A stretch of 64,000 nucleotides of DNA from Pseudomonadota bacterium (GTDB lineage: Bacteria; Pseudomonadota; Alphaproteobacteria; JBCCHK01): NCBI GenBank assembly GCA_039028835.1, contig JBCCHK010000004.1, positions 2,497 to 66,496 of the forward strand. Reading direction: 5' to 3'. Shown here in pieces: positions 9,536 through 18,110 of this stretch (the stretch's first letter is position 1; each line of letters begins with the position of its first letter). Under the pieces are notes generated by a model that was given only the letters and a program-made list of their open reading frames with translations, ran no database searches and had not been told where the DNA came from. A program made the position numbers and the translations under genes.

Positions 9536-9750
9536 GACCTGCTTGCTTAGGCACTTTTCCCAAATATCCGGTCACGCGTCGTTTCGCCTGCAAGAAGAAT
9601 CCTTTGGCAAGAATCTTCGGGACGACTCAAAAAAAGGCTTCAAAAAGCACCCTTAGGGACTCCACATCAGCCCATAGGTCATCTACTGTAACGGGGCCTT
9701 GATCGGGGCCTTCGATTAAGGGCTGTTTTCTTCAACCACGAGCCCGAGTC

Positions 9751-10911
9751 ATGACAAACCTCATCGGTCTTGCCTTGATCGTTTTGCTCAGCGTGGGGGG
9801 GCTGCACGTGCGCGCCCGCGCCCTTCCGGGAATCACCACCGGCACCCTGACGGCCTACGGGATGGCTCTGACCGTGATCCCCGCGGCCCTCGCTGCAGTG
9901 GCCGTCTATGCCCTTGATATCCCTGGGTTTGTCATCATCGCCCTAGCGGCTGTGGGCGGCGCAGCGGCCCTCTTGAGCCTTCCCTCCACCGCCGCGTTGC
10001 GCAAACGCATCGACCGCATCGCCATCGTCTTACTCGCCGCCTGTGCTGGGCTTGCCATCATCATCACCCTGGGTATTGTTCTCTCACTGTTGTTTGAGGC
10101 TTTGCGCTTTTTTTCCTTTGTTGCGCCGTGGGATTTTTTCTTCGGCACCGTGTGGGACCCGCGCTTTTCTTCCTCGGGGGACATGACCGAGGTCGGCCAG
10201 TTTGGCTTGTTGCCGCTCTTGTGGGGGACGCTTTATATCTCGGTGGTGGCCTTGTTGTTGGCCGTGCCGATTGGCCTTTTGTGTGCGCTTTACTTGGCCG
10301 AGTACGCCACCTACTGGCAACGGGCAACCCTCAAGCCTGCGCTGGAGGTGCTTGCGGGGATTCCCACCGTGGTCTATGGCTTTTTTGCCCTGGTGGTGGT
10401 GGGCCCCGCCATCAGCAATGCAGGCGATGCTCTCTTGGGCATTCAGGCCAGCGCTTCTAATGCCCTGGCCGCCGGGCTGGTGCTCGGGGTCATGCTGATT
10501 CCTTTCGTCTCGTCTTTGAGCGATGATATGCTGGTCTCGGTGCCGCGTAGCATGCGCGATGGCGCACTCGCACTAGGGGCCACCCGCGGTGAGGCCTTAA
10601 GCCAGGTCATCTTGCCGGCCGCCGCGCCGGGCATTGCCGCAGGGATTTTGCTCGCCGCCTCCCGCGCCGTGGGCGAGACCATGATCGTCGTCATGGCGGC
10701 GGGAATCGTTGCGAGCATCGATCTCAATCCCTTTGCGTCTATGACCACGATCACGGTCAAGATCGTCCATCAGCTGACCGGCGATCAGGTCTTTAACAGC
10801 CCCCAATCGTTGGTTGCTTTTGCGCTCGGGCTCACCTTGTTTGTCATGACTTTGGCGATGAACGTGATCGCCCTGCAGGTCGTGCGAAAGCATCGGCGCC
10901 ACCGTGAATAG
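9751..10911 (+). CDS. pstC: Phosphate ABC transporter permease PstC
   Basis: Multi-TM permease with the PstC-type extended N-terminus, followed by pstA and pstB. The 8-bp overlap with pstA suggests coupling. Confidence 0.88.
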   Translation: MTNLIGLALIVLLSVGGLHVRARALPGITTGTLTAYGMALTVIPAALAAVAVYALDIPGFVIIALAAVGGAAALLSLPSTAALRKRIDRIAIVLLAACAGLAIIITLGIVLSLLFEALRFFSFVAPWDFFFGTVWDPRFSSSGDMTEVGQFGLLPLLWGTLYISVVALLLAVPIGLLCALYLAEYATYWQRATLKPALEVLAGIPTVVYGFFALVVVGPAISNAGDALLGIQASASNALAAGLVLGVMLIPFVSSLSDDMLVSVPRSMRDGALALGATRGEALSQVILPAAAPGIAAGILLAASRAVGETMIVVMAAGIVASIDLNPFASMTTITVKIVHQLTGDQVFNSPQSLVAFALGLTLFVMTLAMNVIALQVVRKHRRHRE

Positions 10912-12226
10912 CCCATCCCCCCCGCCTGCGCCAGCGCAGACCGCAATCACCGCGGCCCAAACGGCGCGCATCGCACAAAAGCGTCATGCGCGCAACACGT
11001 GGCTGCGCCGTTGCGGGCTTGCCGGTATTCTCTTGAGCATCTCGTTGATCGTCATCCTGTTCGGCGCGGTGTTGACGATTGGCCTGAGTGCCTTTTGGCA
11101 GACGCGCATCTTGCTCGAGCTCGATCTGTCCATCGAGCGCATCGATCCCGATCAGACCGGCGATGCGCAGATCATCAGCAAAGCGAATTATCGCGCCATT
11201 GTACAAGAAGCCATCGTCGAGAAGGCGCAGCAGGTCACCGGCGCACTCAGCCGCCAGGACCGGCGGGCGATTCGCGCGCTGGTCTCTAAAATCGCTCCCT
11301 ACCTCGTGCGTGACCAGGTGCTGGACAATCGCGCGCTCATCGGCACCCGGGCGGCGTTGTGGCTGCCGGCCAACAATGACGTGGATGCGTGGGTCAAGGG
11401 CAAGATTCGCCGAGATATAGAAGAATCACGCCGCCCGATCAACGCCCTGCAAGCGCGGGTGATCGACGATTTGATGGCGACGGGACGACTGGATCGCTTT
11501 TTCAATACGGACTTTTTTACCCGCGCGGCCTCCAGCTATCCTGAGGTCTCGGGCCTCGCTTCCGCGATGGTTGGCTCGCTGATGATGGTTTTGATCGTAG
11601 TGGCCCTCGCCCTGCCGCTGGGGGTTGCCGCGGCAATTTATTTAGAGGAGTTTGCCCGCCCCTCGCGCTGGGTGAGTTTGATAGAAATCAACATCAACAA
11701 CCTCGCCGCCGTGCCGTCGATTGTCTTTGGTGTCCTAGGTTTGGCGGTGTTTATTAACTGGTTTCACTTGCCGCGCTCTACGCCGATTGTCGGCGGGCTG
11801 GTGCTCACGCTGATGACCCTGCCGACGATCATCATCGCCGCGCGCGCGGCCCTGCAGGCTGTGCCTCATTCGATTCGGCAAGCGGCCTTTGGTCTGGGCG
11901 CCTCGAAGGTGCAAACCGTGTTCCATCACGTCTTGCCCGTCGCGATCCCCGGAATTATCACCGGGCTGATTATCGGCATCACCCAAGCGGTGGGAGAAAC
12001 CGCACCGCTGATTATGATCGGCATGGCCGCCTTTATCCCTGAAGCGAGTTTTGACCCCCTCTCGCCGGCCACCGCTTTGCCGGTGCAGGTCTATATGCTG
12101 GCCGGATTGCCCGGGCGCGGGTATACCGAACTGGCGGGCGCGACGATTATCTTGTTGCTGGTCTTGGTCTTGAGTCTCAATAGCTTGGCGGCATTCCTGC
12201 GTCATCGTTTTCAAAAGAGGCTGTAG
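10904..12226 (+). CDS. pstA: Phosphate ABC transporter permease PstA (long form with a large periplasmic loop)
   Basis: Permease core IYLEEFARPSRWVSLIEININNLAAVPSIVFG. It abuts the pstB start codon. Confidence 0.88.
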   Translation: MNSPSPPPAPAQTAITAAQTARIAQKRHARNTWLRRCGLAGILLSISLIVILFGAVLTIGLSAFWQTRILLELDLSIERIDPDQTGDAQIISKANYRAIVQEAIVEKAQQVTGALSRQDRRAIRALVSKIAPYLVRDQVLDNRALIGTRAALWLPANNDVDAWVKGKIRRDIEESRRPINALQARVIDDLMATGRLDRFFNTDFFTRAASSYPEVSGLASAMVGSLMMVLIVVALALPLGVAAAIYLEEFARPSRWVSLIEININNLAAVPSIVFGVLGLAVFINWFHLPRSTPIVGGLVLTLMTLPTIIIAARAALQAVPHSIRQAAFGLGASKVQTVFHHVLPVAIPGIITGLIIGITQAVGETAPLIMIGMAAFIPEASFDPLSPATALPVQVYMLAGLPGRGYTELAGATIILLLVLVLSLNSLAAFLRHRFQKRL

Positions 12227-13018
12227 ATGAACGCCGCTCGATCAAACAACCCCAAAGACGGCATCGTAAAAATGAGCACCCACGACGTGAGTGTTTATTA
12301 TGGTGACAAGCTCGCCTTGAAAAACGTTTCATTGCTCGTCAAGAATAGCGAAGTGCTGTCTTTAATCGGCCCTTCGGGGTGCGGCAAGTCGACCTTTTTG
12401 CGCTGTTTGAATCGGATGAACGACACGATCTTAAGCTGCCGGGTCACCGGGGTTGTGACCTTAGATGGTGAGGATGTTTACCAGCCATCGATGGATATCG
12501 TCAACCTGCGCCGCCGGGTGGGCATGGTGTTTCAGCGGCCCAATCCCTTTCCCAAATCTATCTATGACAACGTTGCGTACGGCCCGCGCATTCACGGCAT
12601 GAGCCGCAACCGCGATGAGCTCGATGGGATTGTCGAGCAAAGCTTGCAATCGGCGGGTTTGTGGGACGAGGTGAGCGATCGCCTGACCGCCCCGGCTACC
12701 GATCTATCCGGCGGCCAACAGCAACGGCTGTGCATTGCCCGCGCCATTGCCCCCAACCCTGAGGTCATCTTGATGGATGAGCCGTGCTCGGCGCTCGATC
12801 CGATTGCCACTGCGCACGTCGAAAACCTGATAGAAAAACTGCGAGAGACCTATGCGATTGTCATCGTAACCCATAACATGCAACAAGCCGCGCGTGTCAG
12901 TCAGCAGACCGCCTTTTTTCATCTGGGTGAGATGGTCGAGTGTCGCAAAACCAGCAATCTGTTTACCACGCCTGAGGATAAACGCACTCAAGGATACATT
13001 ACAGGCCGTTATGGTTAG
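12227..13018 (+). CDS. pstB: Phosphate ABC transporter ATP-binding protein PstB
   Basis: Walker [10 protein letters not shown], signature [14 protein letters not shown], Walker [12 protein letters not shown], and a PstB-typical C-terminal end ([10 protein letters not shown]). Confidence 0.95.
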   Translation: MNAARSNNPKDGIVKMSTHDVSVYYGDKLALKNVSLLVKNSEVLSLIGPSGCGKSTFLRCLNRMNDTILSCRVTGVVTLDGEDVYQPSMDIVNLRRRVGMVFQRPNPFPKSIYDNVAYGPRIHGMSRNRDELDGIVEQSLQSAGLWDEVSDRLTAPATDLSGGQQQRLCIARAIAPNPEVILMDEPCSALDPIATAHVENLIEKLRETYAIVIVTHNMQQAARVSQQTAFFHLGEMVECRKTSNLFTTPEDKRTQGYITGRYG

Positions 13019-13020
13019 CA

Positions 13021-13080
13021 TTTTTTCTATTATCATTTTTCTATTATCATTCTTTCTATTTTTTCTATTTTCTATCATCC
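13021..13080. promoter_or_regulatory. Array of five direct TTCTAT words (CTAT at 13027, 13041, 13056, 13065, 13072), including a TTTTTCTATTATCA duplication, in the pstB-tkt spacer
   Basis: Read directly. The region is almost pure A/T and lies 25-85 bp upstream of the tkt start. Its function is unknown. Confidence 0.5.
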
Positions 13081-13104
13081 CTATAGTATAAGGATATCAA
13101 CGTT

Positions 13105-15150
13105 TTGTCTGCCGCTCCCAAAGATCGCCTCAAAAAAGACCACGCTAAGACCAGCCCCCTTGCCAACGCTCTACGCATGCTCAGCGTAGACGCGGTGCAG
13201 GCGGCAAACGCCGGCCACCCGGGCATGCCCATGGGCATGGCCGATGTGGCAACCGTATTGTTCGAGCGTTTTCTACGCTTTGACCCGCTTAATCCCACCT
13301 GGCCTGATCGAGATCGGTTTATTCTTTCCGCCGGTCATGGCTCGATGCTGCTGTATAGCCTGTTGCACCTGACGGGCTATCAGGCGATCACCCTTGAGGA
13401 CATCAAAAACTTTCGTCAGCTTGGCTCGATCTGCGCTGGGCATCCCGAATATGACCCTAACGCTGGAATAGAAATCACCACCGGCCCCCTAGGCCAGGGC
13501 TTGGCCTCGGCGGTGGGGATGGCCCTCGCCGAGCGCATGCTTCATGCCCGGGTCGGGGATGGATTGGTGGACCATCGCACCTTTGTCATCGCCGGGGACG
13601 GGGACTTGATGGAAGGGATCAGCCACGAGGCCGCTTCGCTCGCCGGTCACTTGGGCCTAGGGCGGCTCATCGTGCTATTTGATGATAATCGCATTTCCAT
13701 CGACGGCGCGACAAACCTTACGGTGAGCGATGACACCCAAGCGCGCATGGCCGCCTATGGCTGGGATGTACAGGCGATCGATGGCCATGACCCGGTAGCC
13801 ATCGAGCGCGCCATTGCATCGGCTTTGCACGCCCAAAACCGCCCCTCGATCATCTGTTGTCGCACCACCATCGGCTTTGGTGCCGATCAAAAGGCAGGCA
13901 CCGCCGCGGCCCATGGCGCTCCCTTGGGCGAGGAAGAGGTCGCCGCCGCACGGCGCAACTTGGACTGGCCCCATCCGCCCTTTGTGATCCCGCAAGATAT
14001 CCGCGATGCGTGGCTTGCCATCGGCCAACGGGGGCAAGCGGCCTATCAGGCCTGGCATAAGCGTTACGCCGCCGCGGACCCCGCGCATAAGGCGTGGCTG
14101 GAGGGGCCGGGCGGCGGTGATGACCTGGTCGCAGGGCTGGGCTTGGAAGACTTAGCCCAAGAGATTGCATCCCAGACCATGGCCACCCGCCAGGCCTCAG
14201 GGAAGGTGCTGGCCCATGTGAACTTGCCGGCCTTGGTTGGCGGCTCCGCCGATCTCACGCCGTCTAACAACACCCGCCACGCCGATGCAGTGGACGTAAC
14301 GCGCGATGACTATGCTGGGGATTACGTGCGCTTTGGGGTGCGTGAGCACGCCATGGCTGCCATGGCCAGCGGCCTTGCCTTACACGGCGCGTTCATTCCT
14401 TTCGTCGGCACCTTTCTCACCTTCAGCGACTATGCTCGTCCGGCCATTCGCCTGGCCGCGTTGATGCAGGTGCGGGTGATTTACGTCATGACCCACGATG
14501 GGATCGGCTTGGGAGAAGACGGCCCCACCCACCAGCCCATCGAGCACTTAGAAAGCCTGCGCCTGATTCCCGGGGTGCGGGTGTTTCGTCCGGCCGATGC
14601 CTTTGAGACCATCCAGGCTTGGGCAATGGCCCTGGCCTATCAGGGACCGAGCATCCTCGCGCTTTCGCGCCAGGGATTGCCGCCTCTCCCGCGTCACGAT
14701 GGGGCGGGCGCACGGCGCGGCGCCTACCTGGTGCGCACGCCGAGCGGGGCAAGCGGGGCGAAGGGAGCGGGCTCGGCGGGAAGCGCGCTCGCGCCACGCC
14801 GGGTGACGATTCTGGCCACCGGCTCTGAGGTCGCTCTTGCCCTGGCCGCCGCCGAGACCCTAGAGGCCGAAGGGATCGGCGTAGCGGTCGTATCAGTCCT
14901 GTGCCGGGAGGTCTTCGCCGAACAAGAGCCGGCCTATCGCCGCGCAGTGCTGGGCGAGGGGCCGCGCGCCGCGATTGAAGCCGGACGGCCCGAGGGCTGG
15001 GCTGGGCTGGTCGGTGAGGACGGTCTTCTTATCGGTATGAATACCTTTGGCGCATCCGCTCCGGCGAAGGCCCTGTATGAGCACTATGGCCTTACGGGTC
15101 CGGCCCTGGCGCAACGTTTGCGGACGTGGCTTGGCGAGCTGCGCCGCTGA
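13105..15150 (+). CDS. tkt: Transketolase (TTG start in the ORF track)
   Basis: Motifs SVDAVQAANAGHPGMPMGMADV, the TPP motif GDGDLMEGISHEA, and MTHDGIGLGEDGPTHQP. It contains a Gly/Ala/Ser-rich insertion (PSGASGAKGAGSAGSALAP). Confidence 0.95.
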   Translation: MSAAPKDRLKKDHAKTSPLANALRMLSVDAVQAANAGHPGMPMGMADVATVLFERFLRFDPLNPTWPDRDRFILSAGHGSMLLYSLLHLTGYQAITLEDIKNFRQLGSICAGHPEYDPNAGIEITTGPLGQGLASAVGMALAERMLHARVGDGLVDHRTFVIAGDGDLMEGISHEAASLAGHLGLGRLIVLFDDNRISIDGATNLTVSDDTQARMAAYGWDVQAIDGHDPVAIERAIASALHAQNRPSIICCRTTIGFGADQKAGTAAAHGAPLGEEEVAAARRNLDWPHPPFVIPQDIRDAWLAIGQRGQAAYQAWHKRYAAADPAHKAWLEGPGGGDDLVAGLGLEDLAQEIASQTMATRQASGKVLAHVNLPALVGGSADLTPSNNTRHADAVDVTRDDYAGDYVRFGVREHAMAAMASGLALHGAFIPFVGTFLTFSDYARPAIRLAALMQVRVIYVMTHDGIGLGEDGPTHQPIEHLESLRLIPGVRVFRPADAFETIQAWAMALAYQGPSILALSRQGLPPLPRHDGAGARRGAYLVRTPSGASGAKGAGSAGSALAPRRVTILATGSEVALALAAAETLEAEGIGVAVVSVLCREVFAEQEPAYRRAVLGEGPRAAIEAGRPEGWAGLVGEDGLLIGMNTFGASAPAKALYEHYGLTGPALAQRLRTWLGELRR

Positions 15151-15232
15151 TTGCGCCCCTTGCTTGACTTTGCCGCACCAGGTAGCCTGACGCTCAGAGA
15201 AAAAACGTGCCGCTGGGAGGTGGGCGCACTCG

Positions 15233-15262
15233 CTCGATCATTCATATCTCGATCATTCATAT
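15233..15262. repeat. Perfect 15-bp tandem duplication (CTCGATCATTCATAT x2) directly upstream of the gap RBS
   Basis: Read directly. It is followed by AAGGAT and the ATG at 15277. Confidence 0.85.
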
Positions 15263-15276
15263 AAGGATTATCCGTC

Positions 15277-16278
15277 ATGCCCACTCGTGTTGCCATCAAC
15301 GGCTTTGGCCGCATCGGTCGATTGGTGTTACGTGCCGCCGCGAGGCGCGAGGCCATCGAGGTCGTTGCCATTAACGATCTTGCCAGTATCGAGGCGAATG
15401 CTCACCTTCTTCGTTATGACAGCGTCCATGGTCGCCTCGCCGCCACGGTGGACACCCAAGGGGATCAGCTGATCTTGGATGGTCATTCGATCAAGGTCTG
15501 CCAAGAGTCCGACCCGCGCAAACTGCCGTGGAAGGACCTGAAGATCGATGTGGTGCTGGAATGCTCGGGCCGATTCACCAAGCGCACCGAGGCGATGGCC
15601 CACCTGGAGGCGGGTGCGGGCAAGGTATTGATTTCTGCCCCGGCGAGCGATGAGGACCTCACCGTCGTCTACGGCGTCAATCACGACAAAATCACCGCCG
15701 CGCATACGATCATCTCTAATGCGTCCTGCACCACCAACTGTCTTGCCCCTGTGGCCCACGTCCTGCACCAGGCGGTGGGGATTACAAGCGGGTTTATGAC
15801 CACCGTGCATAGCTACACGGGCGATCAACGGATCGTCGATACCATGCATGCGGACCTGGCGCGGGCGCGGGCGGCGGCCTGTTCTATGATTCCGACCTCT
15901 ACCGGCGCGGCACGCGCGGTCGGCAAGGTTCTGCCCGAGCTCAGCGGCCGCCTCGATGGGGTGGCAATTCGGGTGCCGACGCCCAACGTGTCGATGATCG
16001 ATTTTTGCTTTGTGGCGGCCAAGACCACCGATGCGGATGAGATCAATCAAGCCATTCGCAGCGCAAGCAAGGGCGCGCTTACAGGTATTTTGGGCTGGTA
16101 TGATGAACCGTTGGTATCGGTTGATTTTAATGGCGATGCCCGTTCGTCCGTGTTTTCTATAGAAGGCACCAAGGTCATGGATGGCACCTTGGTGCGGGTG
16201 TTGAGTTGGTATGATAATGAGTGGGGCTTTTCCAATCGCATGTGCGATACCGCATTGGCGATGAGAGCTGCCAAATAA
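15277..16278 (+). CDS. gap: Glyceraldehyde-3-phosphate dehydrogenase
   Basis: Motifs INGFGRIGR, the active site SNASCTTNCLAP, and WYDNEWGFS. Confidence 0.96.
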   Translation: MPTRVAINGFGRIGRLVLRAAARREAIEVVAINDLASIEANAHLLRYDSVHGRLAATVDTQGDQLILDGHSIKVCQESDPRKLPWKDLKIDVVLECSGRFTKRTEAMAHLEAGAGKVLISAPASDEDLTVVYGVNHDKITAAHTIISNASCTTNCLAPVAHVLHQAVGITSGFMTTVHSYTGDQRIVDTMHADLARARAAACSMIPTSTGAARAVGKVLPELSGRLDGVAIRVPTPNVSMIDFCFVAAKTTDADEINQAIRSASKGALTGILGWYDEPLVSVDFNGDARSSVFSIEGTKVMDGTLVRVLSWYDNEWGFSNRMCDTALAMRAAK

Positions 16279-16308
16279 AACTATAGAAAAATAGAAAGTT
16301 TCCAGACA

Positions 16309-17097
16309 ATGCGCCGAAATAAAATACGTGACATATGGAAAAAAGATGGCACTGTCATCAATGGCTGGTTGGGGATTCCGGACTCCTTTGCCGCAGAGGT
16401 GATGGCCCAGCAAGGATGGGACTCCCTCACCATCGATACCCAGCATGGCCTGGCCGATCACGGCGATTCCATCGCCATGCTACAAGCAATCTCGACCACC
16501 GATACGGTGCCGCTGGCGCGCGCCGCTTGGCTTGATGAGGCGTGGATCATGCGCCTGCTGGATGCTGGATGCTATGGCATCATCTGCCCCATGATTAACG
16601 ATGGCGCGCAGGCCGAGCGATTCGTCACCAGCTGCCGCTATCCTCCTGGTGGGCGGCGCAGTTTTGGCCCCATCCGTGCGAGTCTCTATGGCGGGGCGGA
16701 TTACGCAAGCAAGGCAAACGAGGAAATTGTCACCCTTGCGATGGTCGAAACCAGCGGGGCCCTAGACCACATCGATGACATTATGACCACCCCGGGCCTG
16801 GATGGGGTGTATGTGGGGCCTGCCGATCTTGCCAATTCACTAGGGGCCACGCCGCAGTTCGATCCCGATGATCCGGTGGTCACCGAGGCGATCGAGATGA
16901 TCGTCAAAAAAAGCATCGAGCATAAAATTAAAGCCGGTATTCATACCGGTAGCCCGGCCTATGCCAAGAAAATGATCGGTCTTGGCTATCGCTTCGTGAC
17001 AATCCTTTCCGATGCGCGCTTGCTTGCTATGGGGGCGACCAGCACCCTTGCGGCCATGCGTGAAGGGGTGGTGGCGAGAGGTTCGGACACCTATTGA
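16309..17097 (+). CDS. HpcH/HpaI-family aldolase (2-keto-3-deoxy-acid aldolase-like)
   Basis: Length of about 260 aa and patterns typical of the family: GWLGIPDSFAAEVMAQQGWDSLTIDTQHG, MVETSGALDHIDDI and VGPADL. Confidence 0.78.
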   Translation: MRRNKIRDIWKKDGTVINGWLGIPDSFAAEVMAQQGWDSLTIDTQHGLADHGDSIAMLQAISTTDTVPLARAAWLDEAWIMRLLDAGCYGIICPMINDGAQAERFVTSCRYPPGGRRSFGPIRASLYGGADYASKANEEIVTLAMVETSGALDHIDDIMTTPGLDGVYVGPADLANSLGATPQFDPDDPVVTEAIEMIVKKSIEHKIKAGIHTGSPAYAKKMIGLGYRFVTILSDARLLAMGATSTLAAMREGVVARGSDTY

Positions 17098-17116
17098 TCT
17101 GCACCCCATTGATCCG

Positions 17117-18100
17117 ATGACGAAGATAGAAAACGATGCGCATATCTCGATCCTCGGCGGGATCGATCCCGTTGGCATTGCGCTTATCAAAAAGGCCGGT
17201 ATCGCTTATGATGTGGTCGACGACCAAGACGAGGCGGCGGTCACTGCGGTGCTGGGCCATACCGATGCGGTCATCTGCCGAGTCGCGCCGTTCGGTGCCG
17301 AGCATATTGCCCGTGCGCCGCGTCTTCGGGTCGTGTCCCGCCACGGGGTGGGCTATGACAGTGTCGATGTGGCGGCCCTGACCGCGCGCAAGATTCCCCT
17401 CACCATCGTCGGCAACGTGAATGCCTTATCTGTGGCCGAACATGCGTTTATGTTGATGATTGCGCTGGCGCGGCAAATCCGTAACGCCGATCGTGCCGTG
17501 CGCGAGAATCGTTGGCGCATTCAAGGCGAGGTCACCACCATCGAGCTTGCGGGCAAGACCTTGCTTTTACTCGGCTTTGGCCGGATCGGCCAGAGGCTCG
17601 CGCCGCGCGCAAAAGCCTTTGGCATGACGGTGCAGGCCTATGATCCCTTTGCCGATGAGACGCTCATGCAAAAGGCGGATGTGGCGCGGGTAGAGACCCT
17701 AAGCCCGCAGGCCCTCGGCGCGGCGGACGTGATCTCGGTGCATGTTCCCTATACCCAAAAGACCCACCACCTGATCGATGGGGATTTTCTATCCCACATG
17801 CATCCGCGGTCTTTTTTAATCTGTACGGCGCGTGGCGGGATCATCGACGAGGCCGCTTTGTGCAAGGCCCTTAAGGCTGGAGGCATTGCCGGGGCAGGCT
17901 TAGACGTGTTTGCGCGTGAGCCTTTGCCGCCCGATGATCCCTTGCGTACGCTGGATTCGGTGCTGCTCACCCCCCACCAGGCCAGCCTGACGGTTGAGTG
18001 CCTGCAGGCCATGGCGCGGGTCTCGGCGCAGAACTGTTTGGATGCGTTGACGGGGACGCTGGATCCGGCCTTGGTGGTCAACCGCGAGGTCCTGGCCTAA
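17117..18100 (+). CDS. D-isomer-specific 2-hydroxyacid dehydrogenase (phosphoglycerate dehydrogenase-like); start trimmed to MTKIEND
   Basis: NAD-binding motif LLLLGFGRIGQRLA, plus CTARGGIIDE and LTPHQAS. The trimmed start removes the overlap with the upstream aldolase gene. Confidence 0.8.
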   Translation: MTKIENDAHISILGGIDPVGIALIKKAGIAYDVVDDQDEAAVTAVLGHTDAVICRVAPFGAEHIARAPRLRVVSRHGVGYDSVDVAALTARKIPLTIVGNVNALSVAEHAFMLMIALARQIRNADRAVRENRWRIQGEVTTIELAGKTLLLLGFGRIGQRLAPRAKAFGMTVQAYDPFADETLMQKADVARVETLSPQALGAADVISVHVPYTQKTHHLIDGDFLSHMHPRSFLICTARGGIIDEAALCKALKAGGIAGAGLDVFAREPLPPDDPLRTLDSVLLTPHQASLTVECLQAMARVSAQNCLDALTGTLDPALVVNREVLA

Positions 18101-18110
18101 GGCGGGCCCC

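Noticed and set aside
9668-9692. Pho-box-like sequence AGGTCATCTACTGTAAC upstream of pstC.
   Set aside because: Only about 5 of 7 positions match per half-site, and the half-site spacing is 10 nt rather than 11. That is too weak to call without a PWM and comparative data.
13021-13060. Fur/Mur-box resemblance of the duplicated ATTATCAT within the pstB-tkt spacer.
   Set aside because: The similarity is limited to one AT-rich hexamer-like word. There is no full 19-bp dyad, and there is no functional rationale for iron or manganese control of tkt.
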